64,000 nucleotides of DNA from an uncultured Nitrososphaeraceae archaeon (GCA_963779615.1 CAVZZA010000005.1:352001-416000), one strand, 5' to 3'. Shown: positions 1 to 14,664, counted from the first letter of the stretch. The notes: generated from the letters alone by a model not told the origin. A program made the numbers and translations.

Positions 1-70
1 AATGTTTTTATAACAAATTTTATAGGAATGTACAGATTCATTATTATAGAACATGCATTGCTAAAGAAAT

Positions 71-3019
<2,949 letters not shown>

Positions 3020-3038
3020 CAACAACGACAACAACAAC

Positions 3039-3066
3039 CTTCTTTTTCTTTTCTACATTTTCTTTC
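3039..3066 (+). terminator. Oligo-T archaeal terminator candidate
   Basis: T-rich runs directly after the stop at 3019. Confidence 0.4.
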
Positions 3067-3911
3067 CACCCCTTACTTTCACTACAAATCTCACTCTAAA
3101 ACACCATTTCTACAATATAGACACAAAACTGGATAATTAGTGTCGGTAGTCTGATTTTAGAACGGTAGAAACAATCCAACCAAGACAAACTATTTTGCGA
3201 AACAGGCAAATGTCTTTCATATCGGCATCATATCCTAATAATCTGACAATGATATTTTGCAGTAATAAAGGTGAAGAATGTCATTTAATTTGAAAAATCC
3301 GACTGAATTGTAATAGTAGTAAAGCAGCAAGTCGTGAAGCAAATCCCCCTCCACCTCTTTTCTTTTAAACGCGTTATTTTAGGCATATGAATTATTAGGA
3401 TATCGAAATAAATTTGATATTCATGCATCTTCTTTAACTTTTATTTAATTTTCCTTCTTTCCCACATTCTATTTCAATATAACCAAAATGCTTTCTTTGA
3501 AATAATTATGTTTTGGATTCGATAACACATGCACAAATATCAAACAACTGGTTGAAGATTATGTTGTAGTGTTAGTGCAGTAATTGTAGTTATTGATGTA
3601 TTAATTTGCAGGATCGCTAATTTTTGTAGTTTTGGTACAGGCAAGCACAAAGTATTTTTGTAGACATCAAATTAAAAAAACATTTTTAAATCAATTCTCA
3701 TAAAACCAGCAATTGATTTTCCACTGTATGGGATCAGTTAAAATAATTATTAGTTGTGAAATTGTCAGGTTTTCATCCTTATTCTAAGATACGAAGTGAG
3801 ACTTCTTGATATAATACTGCAAAATGTTTGAAAATGTTAATGTGGCATAGCAACAAAAAAGGGTTATTAACTATTTTGCGTATTAATTAGACATCAGAGG
3901 TAAATGTGACA

Positions 3912-4754
3912 ATGAGCTCAATATCACCAACAACAATCAGGACAATATCCGACACAAATAATTTACAAAAGAACAAAGCAGTACCTATTGCAGGTTTTCC
4001 AGGCCCTGGGCTTGTAGGATCAATAAGCACCAGTTATATGATTGATAAATTGAACATGCGTCAAATTGCATGCGTCGAATCACAGTACATTTCACCTGGT
4101 GTGATATACACGGAAGGAAAACTAAGGCACCCATTTCGCTTATATGCAAATGCAGAAGGAAATGTTTGTGTTCTTGTTTGTGAAGCGCCTATAATGATAA
4201 ATGGTATCCATTCCGTTCTAAACACGGTAATGGATTGGGCGATAAAAAATACTATTCAAGAAGTTCTTGTTTTAGATGGAATCCCTGTGCAAGACATTCC
4301 TAGGTCCGAAAGACAAACCATTATGCTAGAGAGTAACGAAATGGATCAGAACATGCAAAGCAGTGAGAGCAATGAGAACAACCTAGTAATTTCCAATAGC
4401 CAAGGAAACACGTCAAGTAATTTTAACAGGAGTTTAACTAAAGACACTCATAAAAAGTACACCACTTTCATAGGAGGGATTGCAGGAGGGCTGCTATCAG
4501 CATGTCTATCATATCAAATTCCATGTGCGGCAATTCTTGTTCCTGCATTAAATGGCATTCCAGATCCTGAAGGAGCATCTCTTTTAATTGAATCGTACAA
4601 TAGCATCATAAAGGATGAAAATTTAAAAATAAACTCAACTCAACTGAAAGAGCAAGGGCAAAATTTAAAAAGACAGTTAGAACAAATCATAAGATCAGAA
4701 CAAGAGCAACGAGACCAGGGGACTTTGACAGGACAAAAAGAAATATACGGATGA
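3912..4754 (+). CDS. Proteasome assembly chaperone (PAC2 family) protein
   Basis: AGFPGPGLVGSI, GKLRHPFRLY, GGIAGGLL and PDPEGA motifs. ATG at 3912 preferred to GTG at 3906. Confidence 0.85.
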   Translation: MSSISPTTIRTISDTNNLQKNKAVPIAGFPGPGLVGSISTSYMIDKLNMRQIACVESQYISPGVIYTEGKLRHPFRLYANAEGNVCVLVCEAPIMINGIHSVLNTVMDWAIKNTIQEVLVLDGIPVQDIPRSERQTIMLESNEMDQNMQSSESNENNLVISNSQGNTSSNFNRSLTKDTHKKYTTFIGGIAGGLLSACLSYQIPCAAILVPALNGIPDPEGASLLIESYNSIIKDENLKINSTQLKEQGQNLKRQLEQIIRSEQEQRDQGTLTGQKEIYG

Positions 4755-4865
4755 TTTTAAATTATTTAGCCTTTTGTTGTTAACCATCACGCACTCAGGG
4801 AAAGCAGGCAACTTGTATATCACAAAGTTTGGTGAAAACAATGAGTTAATTTTGAAGTCAAAGCC

Positions 4866-5099
4866 ATGAAAAAGGAAGGGTTTTTGATGCAACTTTCATT
4901 GATTGCTCGCCTTGCCCAAAAAGACATACATTATTTATGGTTTGCAATATTTGCATCACATTTCTTCCTGTTTGTATTGCATAGGTTCGATGCGCGCACT
5001 GCATTACTTGTTTCTGTAATGGACGCGGCACTATATCTTGCATGGGTAATATTCTTTCGAATGAAGGTCATGCAAAACTGGAAAAGAGATGGTTTTTGA
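4866..5099 (+). CDS. Small hydrophobic hypothetical protein
   Basis: ORF with two hydrophobic stretches; no family recognised. Confidence 0.3.
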   Translation: MKKEGFLMQLSLIARLAQKDIHYLWFAIFASHFFLFVLHRFDARTALLVSVMDAALYLAWVIFFRMKVMQNWKRDGF

Positions 5100-5804
5100 T
5101 ATTTTTACTGCACAATCAAATTTATACAAGGCCAACAGGAGTCCAAAAAACTCGGCGGTCGCAAGAATCAAAATATTAGCGAACTTCAAATTCAAGACTA
5201 TAAAATAGCGGACAATTTAGCAAATACCAAAAGTCGTGTAATTAAATAAATCTAAAAATAGAAACACCATGTCAACACACAAAATTATTTATCATCTCTA
5301 TTCTATTACTACTGCCACAACCTTATTTTATTCAGCCATCAATGCAGATCGACAGGAATAGCGGCAAAAATTACATGTATCTTTTTTACTAAAAGTTTAT
5401 AGCTTAGTTTTTTCATATGATTTTGAGCGCAGAAGTAGCTTCCATGGTTACTATTTCTGTATCCAAAAAAGTCATTATTATCATAACATGTGGAATGCTA
5501 AAACCAAACCACATGTTATTTTTATCATTCATTCAATCCAGAAATTTGTCAAAATTACAAAATTTAAATATTTAAAGGAGTCTACAATCATATTTTCCTC
5601 CATTTCTTGTTAATTTAATTATCCAGGCAATGCAATATGCTCAATTACAAATAATGCAGGGTGAAACATATTTTTGGTTCTTGACTGTAGTGAAATCGCA
5701 TATTATGCAGATATCGAGTTAACAATAATCAATAACATCGACTAGACCTCCATTTTGTTTGTTGTTGTTGTTGTTATAGGTATCATTATTCCGCCATCTC
5801 ACAG

Positions 5805-7262
5805 TTAATCTGTCATATCAGGCGACAGCTCTGGCGGTAAAGGCCTTGCCGCCACGTTTAAGCCCAAATCCGCATACTGCCCATCCCTGTACACAGTCAA
5901 GGTCACCGTGTCGCCTGGTTTGGTGTGCTGATCGATGTACGTAATCAACTCGTCTGTTTTTGTTATGTTTTGCTTGTCGAGTGCCGTGATAACATCGCCA
6001 CCATGCTTTTCACCATAATAGTCCGTTACGGCACCGCGCAGCCCTGCCTTGTCGGCAGGCCCATCCTTCACAATTGTGTTGACATACACCCCCCTGAAGG
6101 TCTTTGACAGGTTCTCAAACTGTGGTGTGACATCGGAAGTCAATGTGACGCCACTAAGCCCCAGATAAGGGTGGGTAAAGTTTCCATCCTGTATGAGGAC
6201 AGGCGTCTCTTTAGTGATGGTGTTGGAGGAGATTGCAAATCCCACCCCACTATATAATCCGGCGGTGTTCATTCCAATGACCTGCCCCTTGATGTTCAGC
6301 AAGGGACCTCCAGAATTGCCCGGGTTTATGGATGCGTCAGTTTGAACGACATCGGGGATGGAGTAGCCGGCATCCTCTGGAAGCAAGCGGCCGGTTTGGC
6401 TGACTATGCCCGTTGTCATGGTATTGTCCAAACCGTAGGGGTTTCCAATTGCTATCACCTGGTCACCGATCTCAAGGTTGGATGAGTTGGCAATGTCAAG
6501 TGGGGCAAGGGGTTTGGTCAGATTCTCTATGATTTTCAAAACGGCCAAATCACTAAACGGGTCTTTGCCCGCCACTGACGCGGTGTACCTGTTCCCATCT
6601 GTGAATGTGACATCAAAGACCTTGGCCTTGCTAACCACATGGTTGTTGGTAATTATGTGCCCCTCGCCATCATATATAAAGCCAGAACCCAATGCAGTAA
6701 CATTTTGGCCACTGCCCGGAATGGAGGGATCTGCCGGAGGCGAGGACACCTTGCTTGTAATCTGAACCACAGAATTTTGCACACTCTCAAATATCGAGTT
6801 CAAGTGGCGGCTTTGCAAATTGAACAAATCAGCAACATCGGAGGCGTTGGAGGCGCTGGAGGAGCTGGATATGTTGGAGGCGTTGGATATGTTGGAGGCG
6901 TTGGATATGTTGGAGGCGTTGGATATGTTGGAGGCGTTGGATATGTTGGAGGCGTTGGATATGTTGGAGGCGTTGGAGTCCAGGTTTTGCCGAGGTTGCT
7001 GCTGCATATGCTGCGATTGCGAGGGTAATTGAGTAGAGGCTGCAGCAGATTGAAAAGGTGACGATGATAATGATGATAATGATGATAATGATGAGGTGGC
7101 TGGAGTGGTGGAGGAGGCAAGGTTTGGGTATGCCACTGCCATTGCTACTGACAACATAATCACCAGAAAAAACAATGTCAAAGGTGACATTACGAAATGG
7201 TGGGTATTGTTCATACCAGGTTTTAATGCTATGACTCTTATAGAAGTTACTGCCATAGTCAC
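5805..7262 (-). CDS. HtrA/DegP-like S1C serine protease with PDZ domain, secreted or membrane-anchored
   Basis: GSGFIY, ITNNHVV, SDLAVL and DASINPGNSGGPL catalytic motifs; C-terminal PDZ (GPADKAGL, GGDVI). The true start may be a downstream ATG. Confidence 0.92.
   Translation of the reverse strand: MTMAVTSIRVIALKPGMNNTHHFVMSPLTLFFLVIMLSVAMAVAYPNLASSTTPATSSLSSLSSLSSSPFQSAAASTQLPSQSQHMQQQPRQNLDSNASNISNASNISNASNISNASNISNASNISNASNISSSSSASNASDVADLFNLQSRHLNSIFESVQNSVVQITSKVSSPPADPSIPGSGQNVTALGSGFIYDGEGHIITNNHVVSKAKVFDVTFTDGNRYTASVAGKDPFSDLAVLKIIENLTKPLAPLDIANSSNLEIGDQVIAIGNPYGLDNTMTTGIVSQTGRLLPEDAGYSIPDVVQTDASINPGNSGGPLLNIKGQVIGMNTAGLYSGVGFAISSNTITKETPVLIQDGNFTHPYLGLSGVTLTSDVTPQFENLSKTFRGVYVNTIVKDGPADKAGLRGAVTDYYGEKHGGDVITALDKQNITKTDELITYIDQHTKPGDTVTLTVYRDGQYADLGLNVAARPLPPELSPDMTD
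6867..6978 (-). repeat. 18-bp coding repeat (SNASNI x6) in the HtrA linker
   Basis: GGATATGTTGGAGGCGTT repeated six times on the + strand. Confidence 0.9.
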
Positions 7263-7597
7263 AGCAAAAGATTATCAGGATTATTTTCCATTTTCGATAT
7301 ATTTTTATCCAGATTAATATTGCTCTATAAGTTACGCTCTAAAGCCATTACTTGGATTAGAAAAATAGATCAAATAGACAACAGATATTTTTTAGTATCC
7401 CAATGTATTGTTTGATGGGACTTCATTTTTTTATTTCAAAGCGTTAATTATACATTCTTATTTTTAACAAACTTTTTACTCAAGAATTGAGAATATGAAT
7501 ATTTAAATTTTTTAAAACATCACATAGAAATCGAAAGGTAAGAGGCAGGGTGCCATGCCGCATAAGAGTGGCTTCCCCTTTTCAAGAAATGATTTTA

Positions 7598-8279
7598 CTA
7601 ATTTCTTTTGCTATTGTTAGATTGTGTAATAAATCCTGAGCCGGCATTGGCATTAATACCAGTGCTAACATTTGAATTGTTCCTGCGGACATCTTGTACT
7701 GATGTGGTCAAATCTTTAAAGTTTTGCTCAAATGTTTTTGCTGTGTTAATGCTCAAGTTGGACAGGTGTTTTGAATTATCCTTTGCCTGTTGCATCACTG
7801 ATTGACATGAATCCAAGTTTGAGAATATAATGTTGTTTGCAAGTCTGATTGCGGATACAGCGTTATCTGCAAAATTGCTGACAAAACTGGCGTATGCCTT
7901 GGCTATGGAGTTTGCGGATGCAAAGCTGAGTTATCATGCCATTGTAATTTTCATTATATCGTTTCCATGCTAAATTGAGTGAGTTGATGATTTCTTTTTG
8001 TGAGTCAATGTAATCCTCTGAAATCTCTCTTGCTGTTTGGAGTGATTGCTCCTGATAGCTGTTTACAATGCTGTTGATTCTTGGAATCTGATTCTTGGAC
8101 TCGTCTAGGGATTTTCTTATGTTGTCTTTGGCCTCGTCAAATGACCTGTTGACTGTTTCTTTGAAATCATTGGTATTGGTATCAGTGTAATTGTTATTGG
8201 AATAGCCTGTATTAGTTGTGGAGGTAGTAGTAGATGGAGTAGTGTTTGTAATATCGGAGGTATCGAGTTTCTTTGACAT
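7598..8279 (-). pseudogene. Frameshifted paralog of the helical protein at 25667-26305
   Basis: ORF 7863-8279 and ORF 7598-7816 both align to 25667-26305. One extra base near 7929 (ATAACT-C-AGCTTTGCA) breaks the frame, which resumes as FASANSIAKAYASFVSNFADNAVSAIRLANN. Confidence 0.85.
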
Positions 8280-9432
8280 AGAATTATGTTCGTTACCGCA
8301 CTATTCAAACAATGGTATTTTCTGGATTTTAATGCCGAATAAAGCCATAACAAATCAAAATGCAACAAGTAGATGAATATCGTATAAAATTTTCACGAAT
8401 AAAGCCCTTATTGTGCGTAATCAAAAACTTTCTTTTTTATTGAAATGCAAATTGTTTTGGCAATACAAAAATATAACAAAAAACATTTTCTGGCTAATAC
8501 AATATAGCATCATGTTTGCGTAGTAAACACAAAATTCAGGTTATTTTAGTGCAAGTAAACAACAAGCAATTCCTTATGCGACTAGAGCATTAGGTAATAT
8601 TATATATTCTATGAGAGGTTTGTGCAATTTTCAAAGCAGGATGTCATTATGCTGCGGCATAATGATGAGTTCACCCAACAATCCAAAGTACAAAGGCGAA
8701 AGAAATGAAATTTGAGCATTCATTTAATCACCTGACATGGAAAAAATATGTTTTTCAGAGTGGCAAAGTGTCCCCTTGTATTGATATTGTGATCCTCGGC
8801 TCTATAGCAATCTAGTAATCGTCTTTTTTTATAAATTTTTTATAGGCCCAATACCCAACTACAGCTATAATTGCCAATACAATAAATCCTATAAAAAAAG
8901 AGACAAGTATTTTTATTATAAATGCTATAATTGCAACTACTACTATCAATACAATTATACCAATAATAATATTGCCGATCATCTTCATCCATAATTTAAG
9001 GTTTCATATATTTTTTCTTATCCTACTGATGCCAATTACCAATCCTAATTTTGGTATAGCGAAAAAAGCAAATTATAAAAAATATTTTTTAGCATGTTTA
9101 GTTTAATCATTCGATTTTTTGAAAAACTCCAATTTTTTTGTTTTCGCAAAAGCATTTATCGTTACCAAATCAATTAGACACTAGAAAAATGAGGCAAAGT
9201 TTACAAAATTATGATTTAGGCATCCGTTGCAACTGCAAAGTATTTGGGCTTTGGAGCAATGATAAAGAAACCTAAATTTGAATGCTTAAAAAGCATGCAT
9301 AAAGCATACAGACTAACAAAAATTCTATAGACCGCAACCGGAGGGAATGCAACATTGTTTGTGTCCAATTCCCTATCTAATGCCCATCTAATGCGATTAC
9401 CTATTTTTAGTCGGCCTAATGCAAAGTCTTCT

Positions 9433-10449
9433 CTACAATGCCGCATCCTTCTTTGCCAACCTATGTACAGGCGGCAGAATTTTCTCCAGGTCTTTTCTAT
9501 CGGGTTCGTACCACGGCGGCAACACAAGACGTGTGCCTAGTTCTTCAGCTCTTTCGTCAACAGTGAAACCCGGGGTGTTTGTAGCAATTTCAAAAAGAAT
9601 ACCCCCAGGTTCACGAAAGTATACAGAATGAAAGTAAAACCTGTCTATAACGGGTGTTGCATTCAATCCAGCCCTGACTACACCCTGTCGCAATACCTTT
9701 TGTTGTCCATCAGTCGGAGTGCGCCACGCTACATGATGCACCGACCCAACCCCTATGTCAGCCTTTTGATTATAAGGTATACAAAGAACATCAACAATAT
9801 TTGCACCCCCTATTTCTTTTTCCTCCACTTGCGTTTCGGAGGAGGATTTTGGTATTTCGTATCGAAATCGGTTTCCACTATGGTGTGTGGGCACAAATCC
9901 CAACTCATCGGTCAGGACAGAGGCAGTTTGCTCGTATCCTTCTTCTGCAAGGGTTACTGAATAAAAGCCCCGTATAGCATTATCAACAGGTATGGGGCCT
10001 TCTTTCCATATATTACCGGCTCTACCTTTTGCGGATTTATGGGCAATCAGTTCCAACTGCAGGCCATCAGGGTCATTAAGGGTTATTACCCGCTCATCAT
10101 CAAAACGTTCGTAAGGCCCGCCAAACTCTATCCGATAACTCTTTAGCCTGTCCATCCAATAGTTTAGAGAATTCTCCGGAATAAGGAAGGCTGTCGAACC
10201 TACCTCACTTGTTCCACGGCGCCCTTTGGGCAGGAATGGCCAATGGAAAAAGGTAAGACATGTGCCGGGCCGTCCAAGCTCATCGCCATAATAGAGATGG
10301 TATGAGGATGGATCATCCTGGTTTACAGTCAGTTTTACGAAACGAAGTCCAAGAATATTCGAATAAAAATCAATGTTTTTGTTTGGATCACTGGTAACAG
10401 CAGTGACATGGTGTATTCCAAAAATACCTTTGTTTTTGCCTTTGTCCAT
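9433..10449 (-). CDS. Ring-cleaving dioxygenase / VOC (glyoxalase) family protein, MhqO/MhqA-like
   Basis: GIHHVTA, LTVNQDDP..YHLYYGD, GSVHHVAWR and DRFYFHSVYFREPGGILFEIAT motifs. Confidence 0.9.
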   Translation of the reverse strand: MDKGKNKGIFGIHHVTAVTSDPNKNIDFYSNILGLRFVKLTVNQDDPSSYHLYYGDELGRPGTCLTFFHWPFLPKGRRGTSEVGSTAFLIPENSLNYWMDRLKSYRIEFGGPYERFDDERVITLNDPDGLQLELIAHKSAKGRAGNIWKEGPIPVDNAIRGFYSVTLAEEGYEQTASVLTDELGFVPTHHSGNRFRYEIPKSSSETQVEEKEIGGANIVDVLCIPYNQKADIGVGSVHHVAWRTPTDGQQKVLRQGVVRAGLNATPVIDRFYFHSVYFREPGGILFEIATNTPGFTVDERAEELGTRLVLPPWYEPDRKDLEKILPPVHRLAKKDAAL

Positions 10450-10665
10450 CAAATGCTCATCCTCATTGAATTACAATCTATATGATCGTTGATTACTCAT
10501 AAACATTATATCCGCGCCACCATTGACAAGCACGCGAAAAAAATTAAATGCCTGCAATTCCGTTAAGTTAAGAAAGGACTTGTATCAAATTCATTTGAAA
10601 TCTTCCAAATAACTTGCCTTGTTCACATTTACCTTGGAAAATTTCCTTGAGCCAAAAAAAATGCA

Positions 10666-11171
10666 TTATTGCCCTATGCTATTTACGGCTGTAGCATTTA
10701 AAGTGAAAGTCACATTATATAGACTGCTATGAGTGCTGTGTGCTAAAATACCGCTTCCGTTAAACTACACAGACCCTTCGGTCACATTCTTTAAAAGCGT
10801 AACTGGTAAAAGTTTTTTGCCACCGGATTCCCAGACCCTTATCGTTGTGTTTGCATTTTGTTTTCCGGTCACATCTTCAAACGAAATCACATCCGCCGGT
10901 TTGGAGGAGTTAAAAGTGACTGTTCCGGCATATGTCACGCCATCACCAGAGTTCTGAAACTTACTATTTGCTGAAACTTGTGTCCTTTCGCATCATTAGG
11001 TATTGATGCCTGAGTTTGATTTAGTTGCTGTTGCTGTTGCTGTTATTGTGCTTGTACGTTGTTGTATTCTGTCGTCAGTGCAACGCCCAAGGCAATGGTC
11101 GTCCCTGCGATCAACATTATTCACAAGCCAAATGCAAGAGTCTATTCTGGAAAAACCTTTTGTGTTTTCAT
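10666..11171 (-). pseudogene. Decayed secreted hypothetical protein
   Basis: Manual translation gives a signal-like start, then PNDAKGHK, TYAGTVTFNSSKPADVI and GSV*FNGSGILAHS..YNVTFTL, with several stops and one frameshift. Resembles a thaumarchaeal secreted family as recalled. Confidence 0.55.
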
Positions 11172-12403
11172 TTAATTGGATAGGATAATTTTGTGATTAA
11201 AGCATTTCTGATTGAGATGGCTATTATGTCATCATAAATATCACAACATATCGCTATTCCCAATGAAAAAAGAATCACTTTTTTGTAAAGAACCGGAGTG
11301 CTATCAAAAAGACCACTACCGATATGATGAGTGTTACAATAATTACAACAAGTGATGAAATTGTATAAATCAAGTCCACAACAGTCAATTAAGTTTTACA
11401 TTCTATTTATGTTCTCTATTCGCTATTTTGATTATCCTTATCTTTGTATTACCATGTGTGAATTTAATTTCAATAACATAATTCAAAACCTGCCTAAAAT
11501 AGAAAGAAATGCAGGCTAACAATCACCAATAACATGCACCCAATACCCACCAGCAGAAAAGTCCAAAACATCACCACAAAGTGTTAGATTAGTTACAGGA
11601 TTAAGCTATTGCGTTTATTACCTGATTGGAGTTTCAGGAACTCCAAAGATCACCCATTCTTTTCCCATTACGGTTATTTGATGCCATTGTGTATGCGTTC
11701 GACTGAAACCAATGGAAAATTCCACCAAGAGAATACGATTGTGACAGCATGTCAAAGATTTCAACAAGAGGTGGCAACTAGCAACATGCAATAGCAAAAA
11801 AGGAATCAATCAGCATTACAAATACTTGTTGAAAGCACAACAATAAAGTCACCTTTGGGAAAAACGGCAAGCAATTATCCTGAATAGAAGCAACAGGGGG
11901 ATAAGGAAAACATGTATAACATAACAAAATGGCATTGGCCTTTCTAAAGCTTTTACAATATCAGATAATGCTTCCCCCTGACATTGGGGATACATACACC
12001 TCATAAACAACACAAAAGACACAGAAAGACAAAACGCACCAAGAAAGATATCCTGGCAGACGTTTGTTTGTAAAGGGAGAACTATTCATGATACCGTGAT
12101 GGCTTACGAAACCTTTTGCAAGATCAAATAGAAAGAGGAGAATTATTTTAATTTAGCAAACTCACCAAGCTGTATAGCATTTGTAGGAAAGATTATTTGT
12201 ATATGTTTTTGACAAATGTGACATTTTGCATCATCAGCTAAACACCTTCGTCATGTTTAAAGCGTGACAGCATTAATCCCAAACTTTGAAGCTCAGGAAG
12301 ATACTGAAGAATTATCATGTAAAAATAAAAAAATAAATTGCCGCACAAAAAAGAATATTTTTAATGCCTGTGTTAGTTGGAGAAAGGAACTATTGTCATA
12401 AAA

Positions 12404-12649
12404 CTATTTTGAATTAACTACTAAAGAATTCGACTGAGTGTTTGAAGCTTCAGTGTTCAATCCATTAGCACTAGTCTGTCCCTTGCTGATTTGTATTATA
12501 ATTGTGTTCCCGTCGCCTGAAACGCCGTCTTTGTCCTTGTGTTTGTCGCCTGACGCGTATGACGATGGTGCTGCAATCAATGAGCCTGTTACCAAGACTG
12601 ATGCCGCGAAGATGGCGATTAATCCCAGTATCGTTTTTGAGTTAATCAT
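12404..12649 (-). CDS. Small secreted protein, cassette copy 1 (81 aa, no Cys)
   Basis: Signal peptide MINSKTILGLIAIFAASVLVTGSLIAAPSSYA followed by SGDKHKDKDGVSGDGNT, shared with three paralogs. Confidence 0.8.
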   Translation of the reverse strand: MINSKTILGLIAIFAASVLVTGSLIAAPSSYASGDKHKDKDGVSGDGNTIIIQISKGQTSANGLNTEASNTQSNSLVVNSK

Positions 12650-12716
12650 ATTGTGATATTCAGTTACATTTCCATACATATAGCAAGTGAGGTACCTGAT
12701 ACTGCAAAATATATCT
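12650..12716 (-). promoter_or_regulatory. Conserved upstream block, copy 1 (TATA degenerate)
   Basis: Minus strand AGATAT.TTTTGCAGTATCAGG...CTCAC...CTGAATATCACAAT-ATG, shared by all four cassettes. Confidence 0.6.
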
Positions 12717-12815
12717 GTTTTATTAACATGAAAACATAAACATTGAAGGAAAAGCCCGCAAAGCAACAAAAATATACCTATATCCACAGGTTAAAAAGGC
12801 TTTGATTTTAAAACG

Positions 12816-13483
12816 GGCTCTGTTAACTTAAGAAAAAGACTATAGTCGCGATTATGCCATAAACAATATTGACATACAGAAGGCAGAGAACCAAACCGAA
12901 AGATGTTGCCTATTCCCTATATCTTTACTTCCTGGGTCTCTCTTGTAGAAGCACCGCAAAGGCGTTGAAGCGATTTGTGAAAAGGAGCCATGTATCAGTC
13001 TGGAAATGGATCCAGAAATACAGGCCAAAGAGGCTATCAACCAGGAGAAAAAAGATTAATGGATACATTGTTGACGAAACCCAGATTAAGGTTGGCTCCC
13101 AATGCATATGGCTTTGGGTTGCAATTGAGCCAAAACACAGGGAAATTCTTCAGATTGATGTGTCAGTTGAAAGAGCAATGCTAGTTGCCGAGAGATTTAT
13201 TGCGTCTCTGGTAGATGGGTATGGAAAACATCCAGTTTCCACCGATGGGGGAACTTGGTATCCGCAAGCATGCAGGTTCCTGAAACTGAAACATCATTTG
13301 CATTCCTCATTGGAGAAAAGCTTGATAGAAAGGGCGATGCAGTACATCAAGGACAGGACAGAAGGATTTGATGACTACTTTCCATGCCGAAAAAAGAAAT
13401 GCAAACTAAAGCATGTAAAACAATGGTTGAACCTGTTTGCTTATTACCACAATAGGGGAATAATCTCTTAAGTTAACAGAGCC
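12816..13483 (+). mobile_element. Complete IS6-family insertion sequence (668 bp)
   Basis: Perfect 18-bp inverted repeats GGCTCTGTTAACTTAAGA (12816-12833 and 13466-13483), flanked by the 8-bp direct repeat TTAAAACG (12808-12815 and 13484-13491). Confidence 0.95.
12869..13471 (+). CDS. IS6-family DDE transposase
   Basis: LYLYFLGLS, SHVSVWKWIQ, IVDETQIKVG, STDGGTWY and IERAMQYIKDR motifs; the stop lies inside the right inverted repeat. Confidence 0.92.
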   Translation: MTYRRQRTKPKDVAYSLYLYFLGLSCRSTAKALKRFVKRSHVSVWKWIQKYRPKRLSTRRKKINGYIVDETQIKVGSQCIWLWVAIEPKHREILQIDVSVERAMLVAERFIASLVDGYGKHPVSTDGGTWYPQACRFLKLKHHLHSSLEKSLIERAMQYIKDRTEGFDDYFPCRKKKCKLKHVKQWLNLFAYYHNRGIIS

Positions 13484-13640
13484 TTAAAACGCTACCGACT
13501 CCTTTGAATATCGGTATTTAATAATTTGGTTTGTTTTAAATAATTAGGTTTTTAAATCAGGAAAAAATAAAAATGGCGGCAGTGAGAAACTGCCAATGTG
13601 TTTTTTGTTGAAAGAATTTGTTTCTATCGAGTTAAACTAT

Positions 13641-13916
13641 TTATGGTATAAAAGGGACGTCATTAACACATTCTCCACCCTTAAATGCGATACAGTTGCT
13701 TTGCTCGTTGTCTGCGTCAACATCCCATCCACCTACAGGCTGCTTGTTTATGTTCTTGAAGTTGAGGTTGGTGTTCCCGTCGCCTGAAACGCCGTCTTTG
13801 TCCTTGTGTTTGTCGCCTGACGCGTATGACGATGGTGCTGCAATCAATGAGCCTGTTACCAAGACTGATGCTGCGAATATGGCGATTATACTTAAACTTG
13901 TTTTTGAACTAATCAT
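13641..13916 (-). CDS. Small secreted protein, cassette copy 2 (91 aa, Cx7C)
   Basis: Same signal peptide and linker as the paralogs; C-terminus NEQSNCIAFKGGECV. Confidence 0.8.
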   Translation of the reverse strand: MISSKTSLSIIAIFAASVLVTGSLIAAPSSYASGDKHKDKDGVSGDGNTNLNFKNINKQPVGGWDVDADNEQSNCIAFKGGECVNDVPFIP

Positions 13917-13983
13917 ATTGTGATATTCAGGTATACTTTTATGCATATATAAGGTGAGTTTCCTGATACTGCAAAACATATCT
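13917..13983 (-). promoter_or_regulatory. Conserved promoter block, copy 2
   Basis: TTATATAT about 30 nt before the ATG; identical to 15258-15324. Confidence 0.7.
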
Positions 13984-14403
13984 GTATTATTTATATGAAA
14001 AAGTGTTTTTTATACCATAAATAAGAAACATGGGTTACTGTTAAGCATTTAGGTTAGTACACCTTTTCAACGTTAGGGCATTGTTCATCAATTGAAGATT
14101 TTGTAATCGAATGGTTTCGTAGTGATAATGTAAGGTATCGTAATACTGAAACAGATAGGCGACAATGAATTAGTAACTTTTCTTTAAATCAACGATTTAC
14201 AATAAGATTAGGATATATTATTTGCTGTGTGTTTAATACAAATAAGTAATACTATTTGGCAATTTTCTTCCCTCGAAGTTATTAATAAGAAGAAAAAATT
14301 GTAAAGATTTTTGAGCGACATAAAAAAATGGAAAATGATAGGCGCATGGAGAAAAAGCAGGATCCTCCCATAGAGGATTATTAGTTAACCCCCTAGCCAG
14401 AAT

Positions 14404-14664
14404 TTAGCAAGATGCAAGCTTAAAAGTTAAGCAGTTTTTTTGCGTGTTTGTTGCTGTAACGTCAGAGCCACTAGCTTTGGCCTCTCCTTTGCTGATTTGT
14501 ATAGTAATTGTGTTCCCGTCGCCTGAAACGCCGTCTTTGTCCTTGCTTTTATCCTTGTGGCCTCCGCCTGACGCGTATGAAGGTGTCGCGAGTAGTACTC
14601 CCGTTACCAAGACTGATGCTGCGAATATGGCGATTATACTTAAACTTGTTTTTGAGTTAATCAT
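14404..14664 (-). CDS. Small secreted protein, cassette copy 3 (86 aa, Cx7C)
   Basis: Same signal peptide; GVSGDGNTITIQISKG...NTQKNCLTFKLASC. Confidence 0.8.
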   Translation of the reverse strand: MINSKTSLSIIAIFAASVLVTGVLLATPSYASGGGHKDKSKDKDGVSGDGNTITIQISKGEAKASGSDVTATNTQKNCLTFKLASC

